A stretch of DNA of 64,000 nucleotides from an uncultured delta proteobacterium (GCA_963756155.1 CAVWMQ010000008.1:23240-87239), one strand, 5' to 3'; counted from the first letter of the stretch, positions 9,944-20,445 are shown. Program-made: numbers and translations. The notes: generated by a model not told the origin, from the sequence alone.

Positions 9944-10020
9944 TGGCGCGCCCGGAGGGATTCGAACCCCCAACCCTCAGATCCGAAGTCTGATGCTCTG
10001 TCCAGTTGAGCTACGGGCGC
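9944..10020 (-). tRNA. tRNA-Arg (anticodon TCG), CCA encoded
   Basis: Reverse complement GCGCCCGTAGCTCAACTGGACAGAGCATCAGACTTCGGATCTGAGGGTTGGGGGTTCGAATCCCTCCGGGCGCGCCA folds as a cloverleaf. Acceptor 7 bp, D-arm GCUC/GAGC, anticodon stem UCAGA/UCUGA, loop CUUCGGA with anticodon UCG, T-loop TTCGAAT. Confidence 0.85.
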
Positions 10021-10174
10021 GCGCGCATCTCAGATGTCAATCGTAGCTCGCACTCTCACGACCAAATCGCAACCGGACATACTATAGCGCTGAGAACTCC
10101 TGAGGCCAGCGCGAGTTGATGAGATTTCTTGAGCTTGGCCGCGTGCGGGTTCAGAATGGGATCGCGGAGGCATC

Positions 10175-11044
10175 ATGGCGATCAGCTTGTCTTTGGATAC
10201 TGCGGAATTGGCCGAGGAGTACGAACGGATCAGTGCGGAGCGCCAGTTTCGCGGCGGGCAGCTTTTGATCCGCGAGCTGGAGCTCGCGCCCGGAGAAAAG
10301 CTGCTTGACGTCGGATGCGGCACCGGGTTGCTCGCGGAATATGCCGCCGGCGTGGTCGGCCCGGAGGGCGCGGTGGTCGGAGTCGATCCGCTGCCGCTGC
10401 GCGTGGAACTTGCGCGAAAAAAGACGCTGGCGAATCTCAGCTTCAAGGTCGCGAACGCGTACGACCTGAGCGAATTTCCTGCCGAAGCTTTCGACGTGGT
10501 CTGCATGAGCGCAGTTTTTCACTGGCTCCCGGAGAAGCTCGCGCCCCTGCATCAGGTCTGGCGCGTGCTAAAGAGCGGCGGACGGTTCGGCCTCACGACC
10601 GGTTCGCGGCGCAACCCCAACCCCTTGCATGTGATCCGCGCCCGGGTGCTGGCGCGCGAGCCCTACAACCGTTACCCGGCGGCGTCCGTCAGCCAGGCCT
10701 ATCGGGTCGACGCCGACGAGCTCGAAGCTCTGCTGAAGCAGGCCGGTTTCGAGGTGAAGAAAATCCAGGAGCGATCCTATGCGGACCGGCGCAGCGGCGG
10801 ACAGCGTCCGACCGCGGAGGCGGCGATCAGATTCAGCGAGGCGAGTTCGTTCGGCAATTTCCTGGGCCATCTACCGGAGCATCTGCGTGCGTCCGCCCGC
10901 GACGAGATCAAACGCGAGCTGGAACAGCGCGTGTCCGCCCGCGACGAGATCATGCGCGAGCTGGAGCAATCGGGGTCGCCCGATGCGGTCCGGCGCGAGC
11001 GTGCGCGTGGATCGTGGATCGTGGCAATTGCGGTGAAGCCCTGA
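10175..11044 (+). CDS. class I SAM-dependent methyltransferase
   Basis: LDVGCGTGLLAEY (motif I), Methyltransf_11-like core; C-terminus carries an in-frame 42-bp tandem duplication. Confidence 0.8.
   Translation: MAISLSLDTAELAEEYERISAERQFRGGQLLIRELELAPGEKLLDVGCGTGLLAEYAAGVVGPEGAVVGVDPLPLRVELARKKTLANLSFKVANAYDLSEFPAEAFDVVCMSAVFHWLPEKLAPLHQVWRVLKSGGRFGLTTGSRRNPNPLHVIRARVLAREPYNRYPAASVSQAYRVDADELEALLKQAGFEVKKIQERSYADRRSGGQRPTAEAAIRFSEASSFGNFLGHLPEHLRASARDEIKRELEQRVSARDEIMRELEQSGSPDAVRRERARGSWIVAIAVKP
10891..10974 (+). repeat. 42-bp in-frame tandem duplication inside the methyltransferase gene
   Basis: gtccgcccgcgacgagatcaaacgcgagctggaacagcgcgt followed by gtccgcccgcgacgagatcatgcgcgagctggagcaatcg, encoding SARDEIKRELEQRV/SARDEIMRELEQSG. 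Confidence 0.5.
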
Positions 11045-11146
11045 GCGGCCGCGCTCAGCCAGCCAACTATCGACCTTAGGACTTGAGTCAGCCTTCAGGC
11101 GGGTCCTGCAGCTTACGGTAGATCGTTCTTTTCACGACACCTAAGG

Positions 11147-12382
11147 TCAGAAGACATCCAGGGTCGGAAATTTCGCGGTTCCTCTGACACAGTTCCATAA
11201 GTAGATTGCGAGGCCTAAGTCTCCGGTCCACAGCGAATACTTGCGCTGTCCGTACCTAGCGAGCGCGCGTTCGCATTGGACGATCGCATGCATCGCAAAT
11301 TGGCGCGCGCGATTGAGCCATTCATCGTTGCCGGTCCGCGTATACAGTTTCAGGAATGCATAGCCGCTGCCCGCCGCACCGTGACATAGGACCGGAAATT
11401 TGGCGAGCGGCCCGGCCTTCCACACCAGGTCGCCTGCCTGCCGCAACAAACCGTCGATCGGCCAGCGCGCGTCGTCGGGAAATTCCGCCATGCAGGTGAT
11501 TACCCCTGGGGCGCCATTGCAGTGTTGAACGACCAGTGCCAGCGGCTTCGGCCGGTTTGTCGGTCCGACGTTGTTGGGCCAGTTCGCGTGCGGCCCTTCG
11601 ATCAATGCGGTCGCGTGAACCGTCTCGTGGATTCGGCGCAGCATTTCCGCTGCACGAGCCGGCTCGAGCAAGCGGCGTCCGCGAAGCATCACATATGCGT
11701 TGGCAGCAAACCCGTGCAGGGCGCCGATGCGCATTTCTGTAACGCCATACAGACTCGACGACCAAAGATAGCAGCGCGCTTCGTCAGCGTAGGTCCATTG
11801 CTCCCAGAGCGGTTCGAAGCTTCGCAGATAAAGCTCTTTCCAGCGCGCGTCATCGGTGCGCTCATACATGAAGAGCGCCACGAGCATCGCGCCGGCGCTT
11901 CCCCACGCCACTCCGCGCGGATCCCCTATTCTTGCTTCGAGATGGTCATAGAGTTGCCGCGCAACATCTTCGGACGGCGCCAGTTTCCATTGCAGGAGAA
12001 GAATGCCGGCCTCGCCCAACATATAGGAGGCGAGTTCGCCGACCATGTACTTTCGCATCTCAGGATACTTGTCCATGTCGTCGCGAATTCGGCCGATTAG
12101 CTGACGCACCGTCGGAAGATAGTCGCGTTGGAGAGCCGCGGCTCCCGTCTCATCGAGATAATGGAGCGCCCAAATCACGCCGGCCGCACCGTGGTACATG
12201 AACTTGATCGAATCCGGCGGCCGTTCGGGGGAGAGATCGAACGGATGGATTGGCCACAGGCCCTGCACCGTAAAACTTTGATTGGTGTCGGCGACGATCG
12301 CTTCGATCGCGGCACGCGCGCGGTCTTCGCTCCACGGCGTGGCGATCAACCGTTCATGCCGCTCTGGCTCGTACAGTGCCAT
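11147..12382 (-). CDS. LanC-like (lanthionine synthetase C-like) protein
   Basis: HGAAGVIWAL, HCNGAPGVITCM (WCxGxxG-like) and LCHGAAGSGYAF (CHG) zinc-ligand motifs. Start ATG 12382 (MALYEPERHERL) with AGGAGA RBS; track ORF extends to 12481. Confidence 0.65.
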   Translation of the reverse strand: MALYEPERHERLIATPWSEDRARAAIEAIVADTNQSFTVQGLWPIHPFDLSPERPPDSIKFMYHGAAGVIWALHYLDETGAAALQRDYLPTVRQLIGRIRDDMDKYPEMRKYMVGELASYMLGEAGILLLQWKLAPSEDVARQLYDHLEARIGDPRGVAWGSAGAMLVALFMYERTDDARWKELYLRSFEPLWEQWTYADEARCYLWSSSLYGVTEMRIGALHGFAANAYVMLRGRRLLEPARAAEMLRRIHETVHATALIEGPHANWPNNVGPTNRPKPLALVVQHCNGAPGVITCMAEFPDDARWPIDGLLRQAGDLVWKAGPLAKFPVLCHGAAGSGYAFLKLYTRTGNDEWLNRARQFAMHAIVQCERALARYGQRKYSLWTGDLGLAIYLWNCVRGTAKFPTLDVF

Positions 12383-12526
12383 GGAATGAGATTCTCCTGC
12401 GCGGCTATTCCAATCGTGAATGCGCGGCGCTCGACTATCAAGGTTGCGTCGTGGCTTGTCGAACTGCGGCGAGGTCGACAAAATAGAAAGCTGGGTCGGG
12501 AATTCGGTGCCAGGGTCAAGGTAACG

Positions 12527-13846
12527 ATGAAAATTAAGTTAGTAATGGCCGCGCTGGTTGCGCTGGTGGGTCTATCGATTGCGGGCTCGCCCAGCGCGGG
12601 AGTCACTCCCGGAGACACCATCACCAAAGATCAGGCTGACAAGGTCGCCGACCTGGTGAGTCCGGGAAACCTCATCCTGGTGAAGCAGGGCATGACAATG
12701 AAGATCGTGCCGACGGAGCGCCTGGAGTGGCCGCCGCCGTACAAGGCGGCAACCGAAAAATATTCCTCGCAAGTGCAGCTTGGCCCAGATGGAACATTGA
12801 AGAACTACCTGGCCGGGTTGCCGTTCCCGCTGGTCGATGCGAACGATCCAAAGGCGGCGCAGAAAGTGATGTGGAATTTCAGCTATCGGCCGCTCTACAG
12901 CGACGATGCGGTATCCAAGAACGTCGAGATCGCGAGCTACAAGCCGGGATCGGCACCGGCCGATCCAGTCGAGCATTTCACGATCGGCAATGTCGGGTTC
13001 TACCACAACACCGGCCGCACCGAAGTCGAACCGATACCGACCGATCCGGAGGCGACCAGGGCGGGAATCCGTTATCGATTCGGCGCGTACCCGTTTCTCG
13101 AGCCGTCGGAGATGCGGGGATTCGGGTTTATCCGCTATCGCAATCTCGATCCGAAGGTCGAAGACAACTGTTGGATGTTCAATCCGCGCTCGCGGCATAC
13201 GACTCGCGCGTCCGCCAACGAGCTTTCGGACATCCTGGGCGTGATCCAGACCGGCGCGCAGGGTGCGGGCGCCGCCACCTATGCGAGCAACCTCGATCCG
13301 GATTCGTTCTTCGGTTTCGCGGCGAAGATCGAGGACTTCGATTACAAGTTCCTCGGCGAGAAGCCGATGCTTGCGGTGGTCAACGCGGAGAACTCCCCGT
13401 CCAAGGCGTGCCCGACCGATGGCGGGCGGACGATCTGTCCGGAGAACTGGGAAATGCGCCGGCTCTACGTGATCGAGGCGGACGCGAAGCAGACCTCAGT
13501 TACAGGGAGCGGCGTTTCGATTCCGAAGCGGATCTTTTATATCGACTCGGAAGGATGGTTCATCACGGCCTCGGATCAGTACGATCGTGACGGCAAGCTG
13601 TGGAAGACGGTGGCGACCTTCAATGCGTATCGCGACCGGCCGATTCCGAGCGCGCGCGTCGCGATCTGGCCGTTCAAGCGGATGTTCCAGACGGCATTGG
13701 TCGATGAAGACGTGACCAACGGCTTTTCAACCGTGGTGCTCTCGCCCGGATTCGAGACCGAAGAGCACGAGAGTTGGTACATCAATATGGGACTCGCGAC
13801 CGACAATTTTTTCCATCCCACGACGATGGCCAACGAGGCGCATTAG
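12527..13846 (+). CDS. secreted DUF1329-like protein (LolA-like fold family), signal peptide
   Basis: Start ATG 12527 in frame with track ORF 12128..13846; N-terminal MKIKLVMAALVALVGLSIAGSPSAG signal peptide. Pattern ITKDQADKVADLVSPGNLILVKQGMTMKIVPT resembles DUF1329 proteins (from memory, unverified). Confidence 0.4.
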   Translation: MKIKLVMAALVALVGLSIAGSPSAGVTPGDTITKDQADKVADLVSPGNLILVKQGMTMKIVPTERLEWPPPYKAATEKYSSQVQLGPDGTLKNYLAGLPFPLVDANDPKAAQKVMWNFSYRPLYSDDAVSKNVEIASYKPGSAPADPVEHFTIGNVGFYHNTGRTEVEPIPTDPEATRAGIRYRFGAYPFLEPSEMRGFGFIRYRNLDPKVEDNCWMFNPRSRHTTRASANELSDILGVIQTGAQGAGAATYASNLDPDSFFGFAAKIEDFDYKFLGEKPMLAVVNAENSPSKACPTDGGRTICPENWEMRRLYVIEADAKQTSVTGSGVSIPKRIFYIDSEGWFITASDQYDRDGKLWKTVATFNAYRDRPIPSARVAIWPFKRMFQTALVDEDVTNGFSTVVLSPGFETEEHESWYINMGLATDNFFHPTTMANEAH

Positions 13847-13921
13847 CAGATCTCACCTGCGCCGGTTGATGCGGGCTGCTCCCAGAGCCAGCCCGCATCG
13901 CCGGCGACGCTTTGAGCGCGG

Positions 13922-15178
13922 CTATACGATTCGCGACACGCCCGGGATGCTGCGGACCGCGGCGCTGGTTCCCCAGCTCAGCAGCAGCACGCCGGCGAAT
14001 ACCAGGAATCCTTTCTCGATTGCAGGTAGCGCGGAGCCGAGAATCGCGAGCTGCAGCCACGATACGAACATGTAGTGGATCAGGTACATCCCGTATTCGT
14101 TCTCGCTGAGACTATCCCAGATCCAGCGGCGCCGAGTCGCGAAGCGCACGAACAGCGCGAGGAAGGCGAACGATATCGAGGCGCAGGCAAGCGCGTAGAA
14201 TGCGCTGCCGACCAGGTTCGCGGTGGTCATCGACATGATGCTGTTCTTCGATATCGCGACCAGGAAGAAAACTACGCTCGACAGGAACGCAACCACCATC
14301 CAGGCAGTCCAGCGCCCCCAATGGCGCGCGAGTTTGCCGTCGGGGGCGAGCAGGCCGCGCTCGATCCCGTAGGCGCCAACGCCGATTCCCGCGAGAAAAT
14401 AGACCAGGTAGTGAAACAGACGGGCGGTCTGGAACTGGAACGGTCCGACGCTGGTCCAATCCGCCGGGCCGAAGATGAGGACCATCGGAAGGTATGCCGC
14501 AGCGGAAGCGCCGACCAGCAGTAGGAAGAATCGCACCGGATGCTCCCGCGCATTCGAGGCAAGGCGGCCCAGCCTCTCGCCGAAGTTCGGCGCTATCGCG
14601 AACAGCGCCGCCGTGGCGAGATCGAATGCGAGCAGCAGCCAGATGAACCACGCCGGGCCTGTCGGCCAGTCGCCAAACGATAGCCAATCGTGAATGTAGC
14701 CGGACACGGTATGGGGGCCGGTCGTCAGCAGGTAAGACGGATAGTACGCGAGAGGAGCGATGATCGCCGCCGCGAACAGAAACGGAATGCCGAGGCGCCG
14801 CAGTCGCTCGCGCATGAAGTTCGAATTGCCTTTACGCTGAAGACTCGACCATACGAACAGCCCGGAAACGAAAAACATCAGCGACATAAAGAAGGTGTCG
14901 TTGAAGCCGGTGAAGATACTGAATCCCACCCAGTGCTGATGATCGATCACCATGAAGGCGCGCCAGTATGGCGGCTGGGCCAGCAGCGAGGTGGCTTGCG
15001 GCGGCGGCGAGTCGATGTACGCGAGCACCGAGTGATGCGCCAGCACCAGCACGACCAAGAAGCCGCGAAGATAGCCGAGTGCGAGGTTGCGTGAGGGGCG
15101 TGCGACCTCGCTAGGGCGCATCCGCGCGGGCTCTAACGATTCGGGTTTGAGATGCGACGGCGCTGCTGACGATGCCAT
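13922..15178 (-). CDS. acyltransferase family 3 (OpgC-like) integral membrane protein
   Basis: LGYLRGFLVVLVLAHHSV start typical of acyltransferase_3, about 10 TM helices. ATG 15178 preceded by GGAGG, 13 nt after the TetR stop. Confidence 0.7.
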   Translation of the reverse strand: MASSAAPSHLKPESLEPARMRPSEVARPSRNLALGYLRGFLVVLVLAHHSVLAYIDSPPPQATSLLAQPPYWRAFMVIDHQHWVGFSIFTGFNDTFFMSLMFFVSGLFVWSSLQRKGNSNFMRERLRRLGIPFLFAAAIIAPLAYYPSYLLTTGPHTVSGYIHDWLSFGDWPTGPAWFIWLLLAFDLATAALFAIAPNFGERLGRLASNAREHPVRFFLLLVGASAAAYLPMVLIFGPADWTSVGPFQFQTARLFHYLVYFLAGIGVGAYGIERGLLAPDGKLARHWGRWTAWMVVAFLSSVVFFLVAISKNSIMSMTTANLVGSAFYALACASISFAFLALFVRFATRRRWIWDSLSENEYGMYLIHYMFVSWLQLAILGSALPAIEKGFLVFAGVLLLSWGTSAAVRSIPGVSRIV

Positions 15179-15191
15179 TGGAGTACCTCCG

Positions 15192-15923
15192 CTACGCGCG
15201 CGGTTTGCGAGTGGCCAGATCGAACAGGGTCGCCAACTCGTTCGCGTACGACTTGAGATCCAGTTTGGGGTCGACGGCCATAAGCGATGGGACTGCGTCG
15301 ATCGCATTCCTGATCGCCACCGCCATCACTTTGGTCGAGAACTCACGGAACTCGCCACTCTCCTGCCCATGGCGCAGGAGATTTTCCAGCGCGCTCACGG
15401 CGGGATCGAATGTCGTCATGAAATCGATCAGCGGTTTGCCATCGTCGTCGCGGGCGTTCATTACGATGTTGAGTATCGCCTGCGTGTAATTGCGTTCTGA
15501 ACCCAGGTACTCGAGGTTGCTCTCTATGTAGGCGCGCAGCATTCCGCCGGCGCTCTGCTCGGCGAGGACCCGCGGAAGCATCGCGGCTGTGCCCTTGTCT
15601 ATCACCGTGTGAACGACCTGCTCGATAAGCTCGCGTTTGCCGGAGAAGTGATAGGAAATCACGCCCTTACTGACTCCGGCGCGCTTGGCGATCTCGGCCA
15701 GCGAGGCGTTGGCGAAGCCGAGCTCGGCAATCGCATCGATGGCGCATTCGATGATTTGCGCACGCCGCGCCGTTTCGATGAACGAACGGTTCTCTGGACC
15801 GCTCGACCCCTCGCGAACGGCCGAGCGTGTATCGTCGATAGTCGAGGCGTCCCCTTGACCGCCACGTCCATCTTCCTGACCGTTCGAATCAGTTTCTGAC
15901 CGCACGATCAGAATCCTAGCCAT
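15192..15923 (-). CDS. TetR/AcrR family transcriptional regulator
   Basis: HTH: RRAQIIECAIDAIAELGFANASLAEIAKRAGVSKGVISYHFSGKRELI; start ATG 15923. Confidence 0.8.
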   Translation of the reverse strand: MARILIVRSETDSNGQEDGRGGQGDASTIDDTRSAVREGSSGPENRSFIETARRAQIIECAIDAIAELGFANASLAEIAKRAGVSKGVISYHFSGKRELIEQVVHTVIDKGTAAMLPRVLAEQSAGGMLRAYIESNLEYLGSERNYTQAILNIVMNARDDDGKPLIDFMTTFDPAVSALENLLRHGQESGEFREFSTKVMAVAIRNAIDAVPSLMAVDPKLDLKSYANELATLFDLATRKPRA

Positions 15924-16071
15924 CTGGCCAACGCGTGTCAAGCACCCGCTTTTACATCGTTTCCAATATTTGAGATTGCGCCGAGTTCTAGGCCCGCGAT
16001 ATCGGTTTACATCGGCCGGATCTCTTTCGGCGAGAGCTCTGGAATCAGGCCTGAATCGCTCGGCTACAGAA

Positions 16072-17673
16072 ATGAACATCCTGGATCAAATGGACGACAA
16101 GGCTGCCGAGGTCGATAAGCTTTTCAGCAAATGGGACAACACCAGCAGCCCGGGGTGCGCGCTGGCAGTGATGCACAACGGCCGAATCATCTGTGAGCGC
16201 GGGTATGGGCTCAGCGATCTGGACCATAACGTTCCGGTCACGCCCGCCACGGTTTTCCACGTCGCATCAGTGTCGAAACAGTTCACCGCGGCATCGATCG
16301 TGATGCTTGCACAAGAAGGGAAGTTGTCGCTGGACGATCCGGCGCGGAGCTACATTCCGGTGTTGCCGGACTTTGGCGAGCCAATCACAATTCGCCAGCT
16401 CATTCACCACACCAGCGGGCTCCGTGATCAGTGGGAGCTGCTGGGACTTGCAGGATGGCGATACTCGCTCGATTTGATCACCGACGACGACGTGCTGGCG
16501 CTCGTGTCGCGGCAGCAAGAACTTAACTTTCAGCCTGGCTCCGAGTTCATGTATAGCAACACGGGCTACACACTGCTTGGCCTGATCGTGAAGCGCGTCA
16601 GCGGACAAAGTCTTCGCCAGTTCACCCGCGCGCGCATTTTCGAACCGCTGGGCATGAAGGACACCCATTTTCGCGACGACCACGCAGAGGTCGTGAAAGA
16701 CGTTGCCTATGGTTATGTGGAGCACGGTGACCGGTTCAAGTTGAGCATTACTAACTTCGATACGGTCGGCGCGACCAGCCTGCTGACGACGGTGCGGGAT
16801 CTGGCTCGTTGGGACGCTAACTTCTACACCGGAGCGGTCGGCGGTCCTGCGTTACTGAGCCAGATGATAGAGCGCGGAAAGCTGAACGACGGCGAGGAGT
16901 TGGAATATGCCTCCGGACTTATGATCGGCTCATATCGCGGCTTGCCGACCGTGGATCATGCGGGCGCCGATGCGGGTTACCGCGCCGACTTGATTCGCTT
17001 CCCCGAGCAAAAGTTTTCGGTCGCCTGCCTCTGTTGTCTGGGAAATATCGAGCCGGGCAGTCTTACCAGAAAAGTTGCCGATATCTATCTCGCAGACCAG
17101 CTTGAACCCGTAGAACCCCAGGAGAGCCTTAAGGATTTGGGCAGTGACTTCGCTGGTCGAGCCGGTCTTTATGTAAACCGAACTATAGACAACGTGCTTC
17201 GCGTTGGATTTAAGGGTGGAAAGTTAAACGTCATGATGCCCGATGACCAGAGCGTCGAGCTGGTGCCGCTGACTGCGAATCGCTTTCGAATGGGATCGTT
17301 CCCGGTTGAGTTCGAGTTCGCAGGCGGTGAGCACGACGCGTCGACTCGAGTAAGTGTCAGCTCGCCCTTGCAGAAGCCGCAGACCCTGGAACGGGTGTCC
17401 GAGTTCGAGCCGAACGGCCACCAACTCCAGGAATTCGCCGGGACCTATTACAGCGACGAAGTCGAGGCGCGGTATCACGTGACGATCGACAGTGGCCGGC
17501 TGATGCTCAGCTCGATGAAGCTGAAGGCCACTCACTTGCGGCCAGCGACCGAAGATCTCTTCACCGGATGGTTCGGCCGCATGCGGTTTACCCGCGACTC
17601 GCACGGCCACGTCTCGGGCATGCTTTTCAATTCAGCAAGAATCCGGCATTTCCGGTTCAACAAGATTCGGTAG
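16072..17673 (+). CDS. serine hydrolase, beta-lactamase/penicillin-binding protein family
   Basis: S-x-x-K motif (ASVSKQFTA), YSN (MYSNTGY), HAG (DHAGADAGY): class C beta-lactamase-like; start ATG 16072 (MNILDQ). Confidence 0.8.
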   Translation: MNILDQMDDKAAEVDKLFSKWDNTSSPGCALAVMHNGRIICERGYGLSDLDHNVPVTPATVFHVASVSKQFTAASIVMLAQEGKLSLDDPARSYIPVLPDFGEPITIRQLIHHTSGLRDQWELLGLAGWRYSLDLITDDDVLALVSRQQELNFQPGSEFMYSNTGYTLLGLIVKRVSGQSLRQFTRARIFEPLGMKDTHFRDDHAEVVKDVAYGYVEHGDRFKLSITNFDTVGATSLLTTVRDLARWDANFYTGAVGGPALLSQMIERGKLNDGEELEYASGLMIGSYRGLPTVDHAGADAGYRADLIRFPEQKFSVACLCCLGNIEPGSLTRKVADIYLADQLEPVEPQESLKDLGSDFAGRAGLYVNRTIDNVLRVGFKGGKLNVMMPDDQSVELVPLTANRFRMGSFPVEFEFAGGEHDASTRVSVSSPLQKPQTLERVSEFEPNGHQLQEFAGTYYSDEVEARYHVTIDSGRLMLSSMKLKATHLRPATEDLFTGWFGRMRFTRDSHGHVSGMLFNSARIRHFRFNKIR

Positions 17674-17780
17674 TTGGGCCTGAGTCAGTCGTTCGCGAAG
17701 CCCGCAAGCGCTGCAGACTTGTCTTCAGAATTTTAAGTAAGCCAGCAATTTCGGAACCAGGGTCTGGTTCCGAAATTCAA

Positions 17781-19979
17781 TTATCTCGACTGCGAGGCAG
17801 ACGAGTTGGTACTGGTGCGAACCATTCGCGCTGCCGAAGCGAGCTTCGCCGGATCGAAGGCGATCACCATCAGACCGCGCGTATCTGGTTGCGGCGCGCG
17901 TAGGTCGTGCTGATAAGGAAAATAAATTTGCGCCGCACTAGGTCGGTAATGCGCGATTATCGGTTCGAGCGCCGCGTAGGAACCGTAGACGCCGACGCCG
18001 GGCCGCCCGTCGGGCATCGGGCCGAGCCATGCGCCGCAAAAGTAGCGTCCGCTGGAATCCATTACCGGATTTTCGAGTATCGACCAGCCTGCCATGGTTG
18101 GCCCCGTGAGCCATGATGCCGGGAGCAGGCCGTGCTGCTGCGCCCTGAGCGGAGTCAGCAGTGCGAGATTGTTTCCTTCGGAGAGCCATCGGTCGGCCGC
18201 AAGCAGTAGCGTATCGAACAGCGTTGAGTCGGCCTGCTGCTCCATCTCAGCTGCGGTGACCCCCGCGTAAGTCGCCAGCTCTCTTGGCGCAGCACGGTAG
18301 ATCGTCACACCGCCGGCGCCAGGCTTCGCGGCGCAGCATGCTGAGGCGAGCGCATGCCATGCCTTGGCGTCGGCATCACCATCGACTACCGCAATCGTGC
18401 TGACTGCATGATGGGCCATGAATGCGCTGAGTTGCGCGCGAGCGTCGGGAACGTAGGCCGCGTTCAGAAAGGCGCGAACGATCGGCCAGTTGCGAAACTC
18501 CGGCGGCAGCTGCCCGGTGTTTCCACCGACCATCCGGAAGTACATCTCCGTTTCGGCCTGCCAGAGCATGCTGCTGCCACGAATCCCAAATGGCAGGACG
18601 AGGACAGTTTCGCCTGGCGCAAGATAGTCGCGATGGAGCGTGCTGGTGAAAAAGGTCGGCGAGTCGTCCGGGCGCGTCCAGTAAGCCGCGGACAGGTTCG
18701 GCAGCGTGGAAACCACGATCGTCGCGGCAATCGCGACTTTCAGCGCGGAACTGAACCGGCTCTCGGCGAACCAAATCGACGTGATGATCGCGAGCACTAA
18801 AAAGGCATACGTCATCAAGCGCGCCGGGAGCGCTTTATTGAGCACCGGCAGCAGCGGAAGTATTTTGCCCGGCAACCCGCCCAGCACCGTGCCGCGAAAG
18901 TGCAGCAGCGGCCCCATAGCCAGCACGCAAATGACAATGAGCGAATCGATCAGGAGCTTGCCGGTCGGCTCGCGCCAATGGCGCCATGCATACACCGCTG
19001 CGAGGATGATCAGAGGCAGTCCCAGGTAGGCGCTCACTTCGCCGATGCTATAGGGGCGAAATGGCGCCGAAACACGGCTGATAAGAGGAATCACGCCGAG
19101 CGTGCTGGTTGGCGCGGGCACCACGAAGTTCAGCAGGTCGGCGGAATAAGCGTCGAGTGACCAGATCTCTCCAGGCGGCGCACCGAAGGCGAACATGCGG
19201 TAGAGATAAGGGCTGAGAATAACTGCTGCGATCGCATAAGCGACCGCGATCCGCAACGACGTCGTTACAATAGGCTTGTTCATGTCGGGCGGCGCGAATG
19301 ACCATGCAAGGAACAGAGCCATCCCGCCCATCGCAGTCATGGTCGCGAAGACCTCGACCGAGGTAAGGAACTGCGCGACCAGCAGCGCCGCCATCGCAGC
19401 GATAAATTCTCCTGCCGCGAGTTCGCCTGCAATTGCGCGCGCTGAAAGCAACACTGCAAGCGGCACCAGGAAAATCAGGGTCTGGTTCAGGTGGCCGCAA
19501 AGCTGATGGCCCAACATGTAAGCTGAGAAGCCGAAGATGTAACCGCCGAGCAGCGCAGGCCACCACGCACGACAGACGTAACGACAGAGAAGAAAGGCGG
19601 TCCATGCGGCGAGCGCGGGGCTCGCCAGACTCATCGCATTGTAGGCTGCAACCGGTCCGAGGCTCGCCGTCACCGGCCAGATGAAGAAGCTCGGCAGCGA
19701 GATCGCGGTCGTCCAGGCCAGGTTGATGCCATGCGGCACCCAGAGCAGATCCGTGAAGAGCGGGTCCAGGCGATGAACTAGCGCATACGGCCACCATACG
19801 AAGAACCACATCGAGATCGAGGGATCGTTGCCGGTCCCGATATACACGTCGGGAAAATGACCGGGCAGCGTGCGGCCGAAGAAAAACAGCGACAATCCGA
19901 GGTAAACGGCGAGTGCGCCCAGGCTCGGCGGATCAAGGACGCGCTGGTGCCCAGCGGCATCGTCCCCTCGCGAACTCAA
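17781..19979 (-). CDS. large polytopic membrane protein, possibly GT-C/ArnT-PMT-like glycosyltransferase, with C-terminal soluble domain
   Basis: 732 aa, at least 12 predicted TM helices in the first 450 aa then a hydrophilic about 280-aa domain; no sharp motif recognised. Confidence 0.45.
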   Translation of the reverse strand: MSSRGDDAAGHQRVLDPPSLGALAVYLGLSLFFFGRTLPGHFPDVYIGTGNDPSISMWFFVWWPYALVHRLDPLFTDLLWVPHGINLAWTTAISLPSFFIWPVTASLGPVAAYNAMSLASPALAAWTAFLLCRYVCRAWWPALLGGYIFGFSAYMLGHQLCGHLNQTLIFLVPLAVLLSARAIAGELAAGEFIAAMAALLVAQFLTSVEVFATMTAMGGMALFLAWSFAPPDMNKPIVTTSLRIAVAYAIAAVILSPYLYRMFAFGAPPGEIWSLDAYSADLLNFVVPAPTSTLGVIPLISRVSAPFRPYSIGEVSAYLGLPLIILAAVYAWRHWREPTGKLLIDSLIVICVLAMGPLLHFRGTVLGGLPGKILPLLPVLNKALPARLMTYAFLVLAIITSIWFAESRFSSALKVAIAATIVVSTLPNLSAAYWTRPDDSPTFFTSTLHRDYLAPGETVLVLPFGIRGSSMLWQAETEMYFRMVGGNTGQLPPEFRNWPIVRAFLNAAYVPDARAQLSAFMAHHAVSTIAVVDGDADAKAWHALASACCAAKPGAGGVTIYRAAPRELATYAGVTAAEMEQQADSTLFDTLLLAADRWLSEGNNLALLTPLRAQQHGLLPASWLTGPTMAGWSILENPVMDSSGRYFCGAWLGPMPDGRPGVGVYGSYAALEPIIAHYRPSAAQIYFPYQHDLRAPQPDTRGLMVIAFDPAKLASAARMVRTSTNSSASQSR

Positions 19980-20445
19980 ATCAACCCCCTACCCTCGGTC
20001 CGTCGTCTGATGCTCCGTCAGGTTGAGTCACAGGCGCGCCCGACTCAATCGGAAAACCCCGGTAGAGTCAACATTTGTGGAGCGCCAGAACAGAATCAGA
20101 GTGTCTAGAAGCGGATGCGCGACGCTTCGACACGGCTCAGTCGTGAGTCGTTACGGCCGTGGCTTGGTGGCTTCCGTCTCGCCAGCGCCGCCGGTCTTCA
20201 TCGCGCTGATGAGGCGCGGAGGGATGACACGGCGCGTCGGCATCGCGGCTCGGACCGCCGCGAGCACGCCCGCCGTCAACATCGTTAGTGCGGTTACCCA
20301 GATACGGTTGATATCATGAACCATGAGTTTGAGCGACCGTGTAGCGATCTATTCGCGTTGACTGAGTAACCTCAATCCAACTGACTAATACCCTGAGTAT
20401 TGAACTTTCACCGGGGCAATAGTTACAAGCTACTACTAGTGAGTA

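Noticed and set aside
11147-12382. LanC-like gene as marker of a lanthipeptide biosynthetic cluster
   Set aside because: No LanB dehydratase, LanT transporter or precursor peptide in the flanks; flanked by a methyltransferase and a DUF1329-like gene instead.
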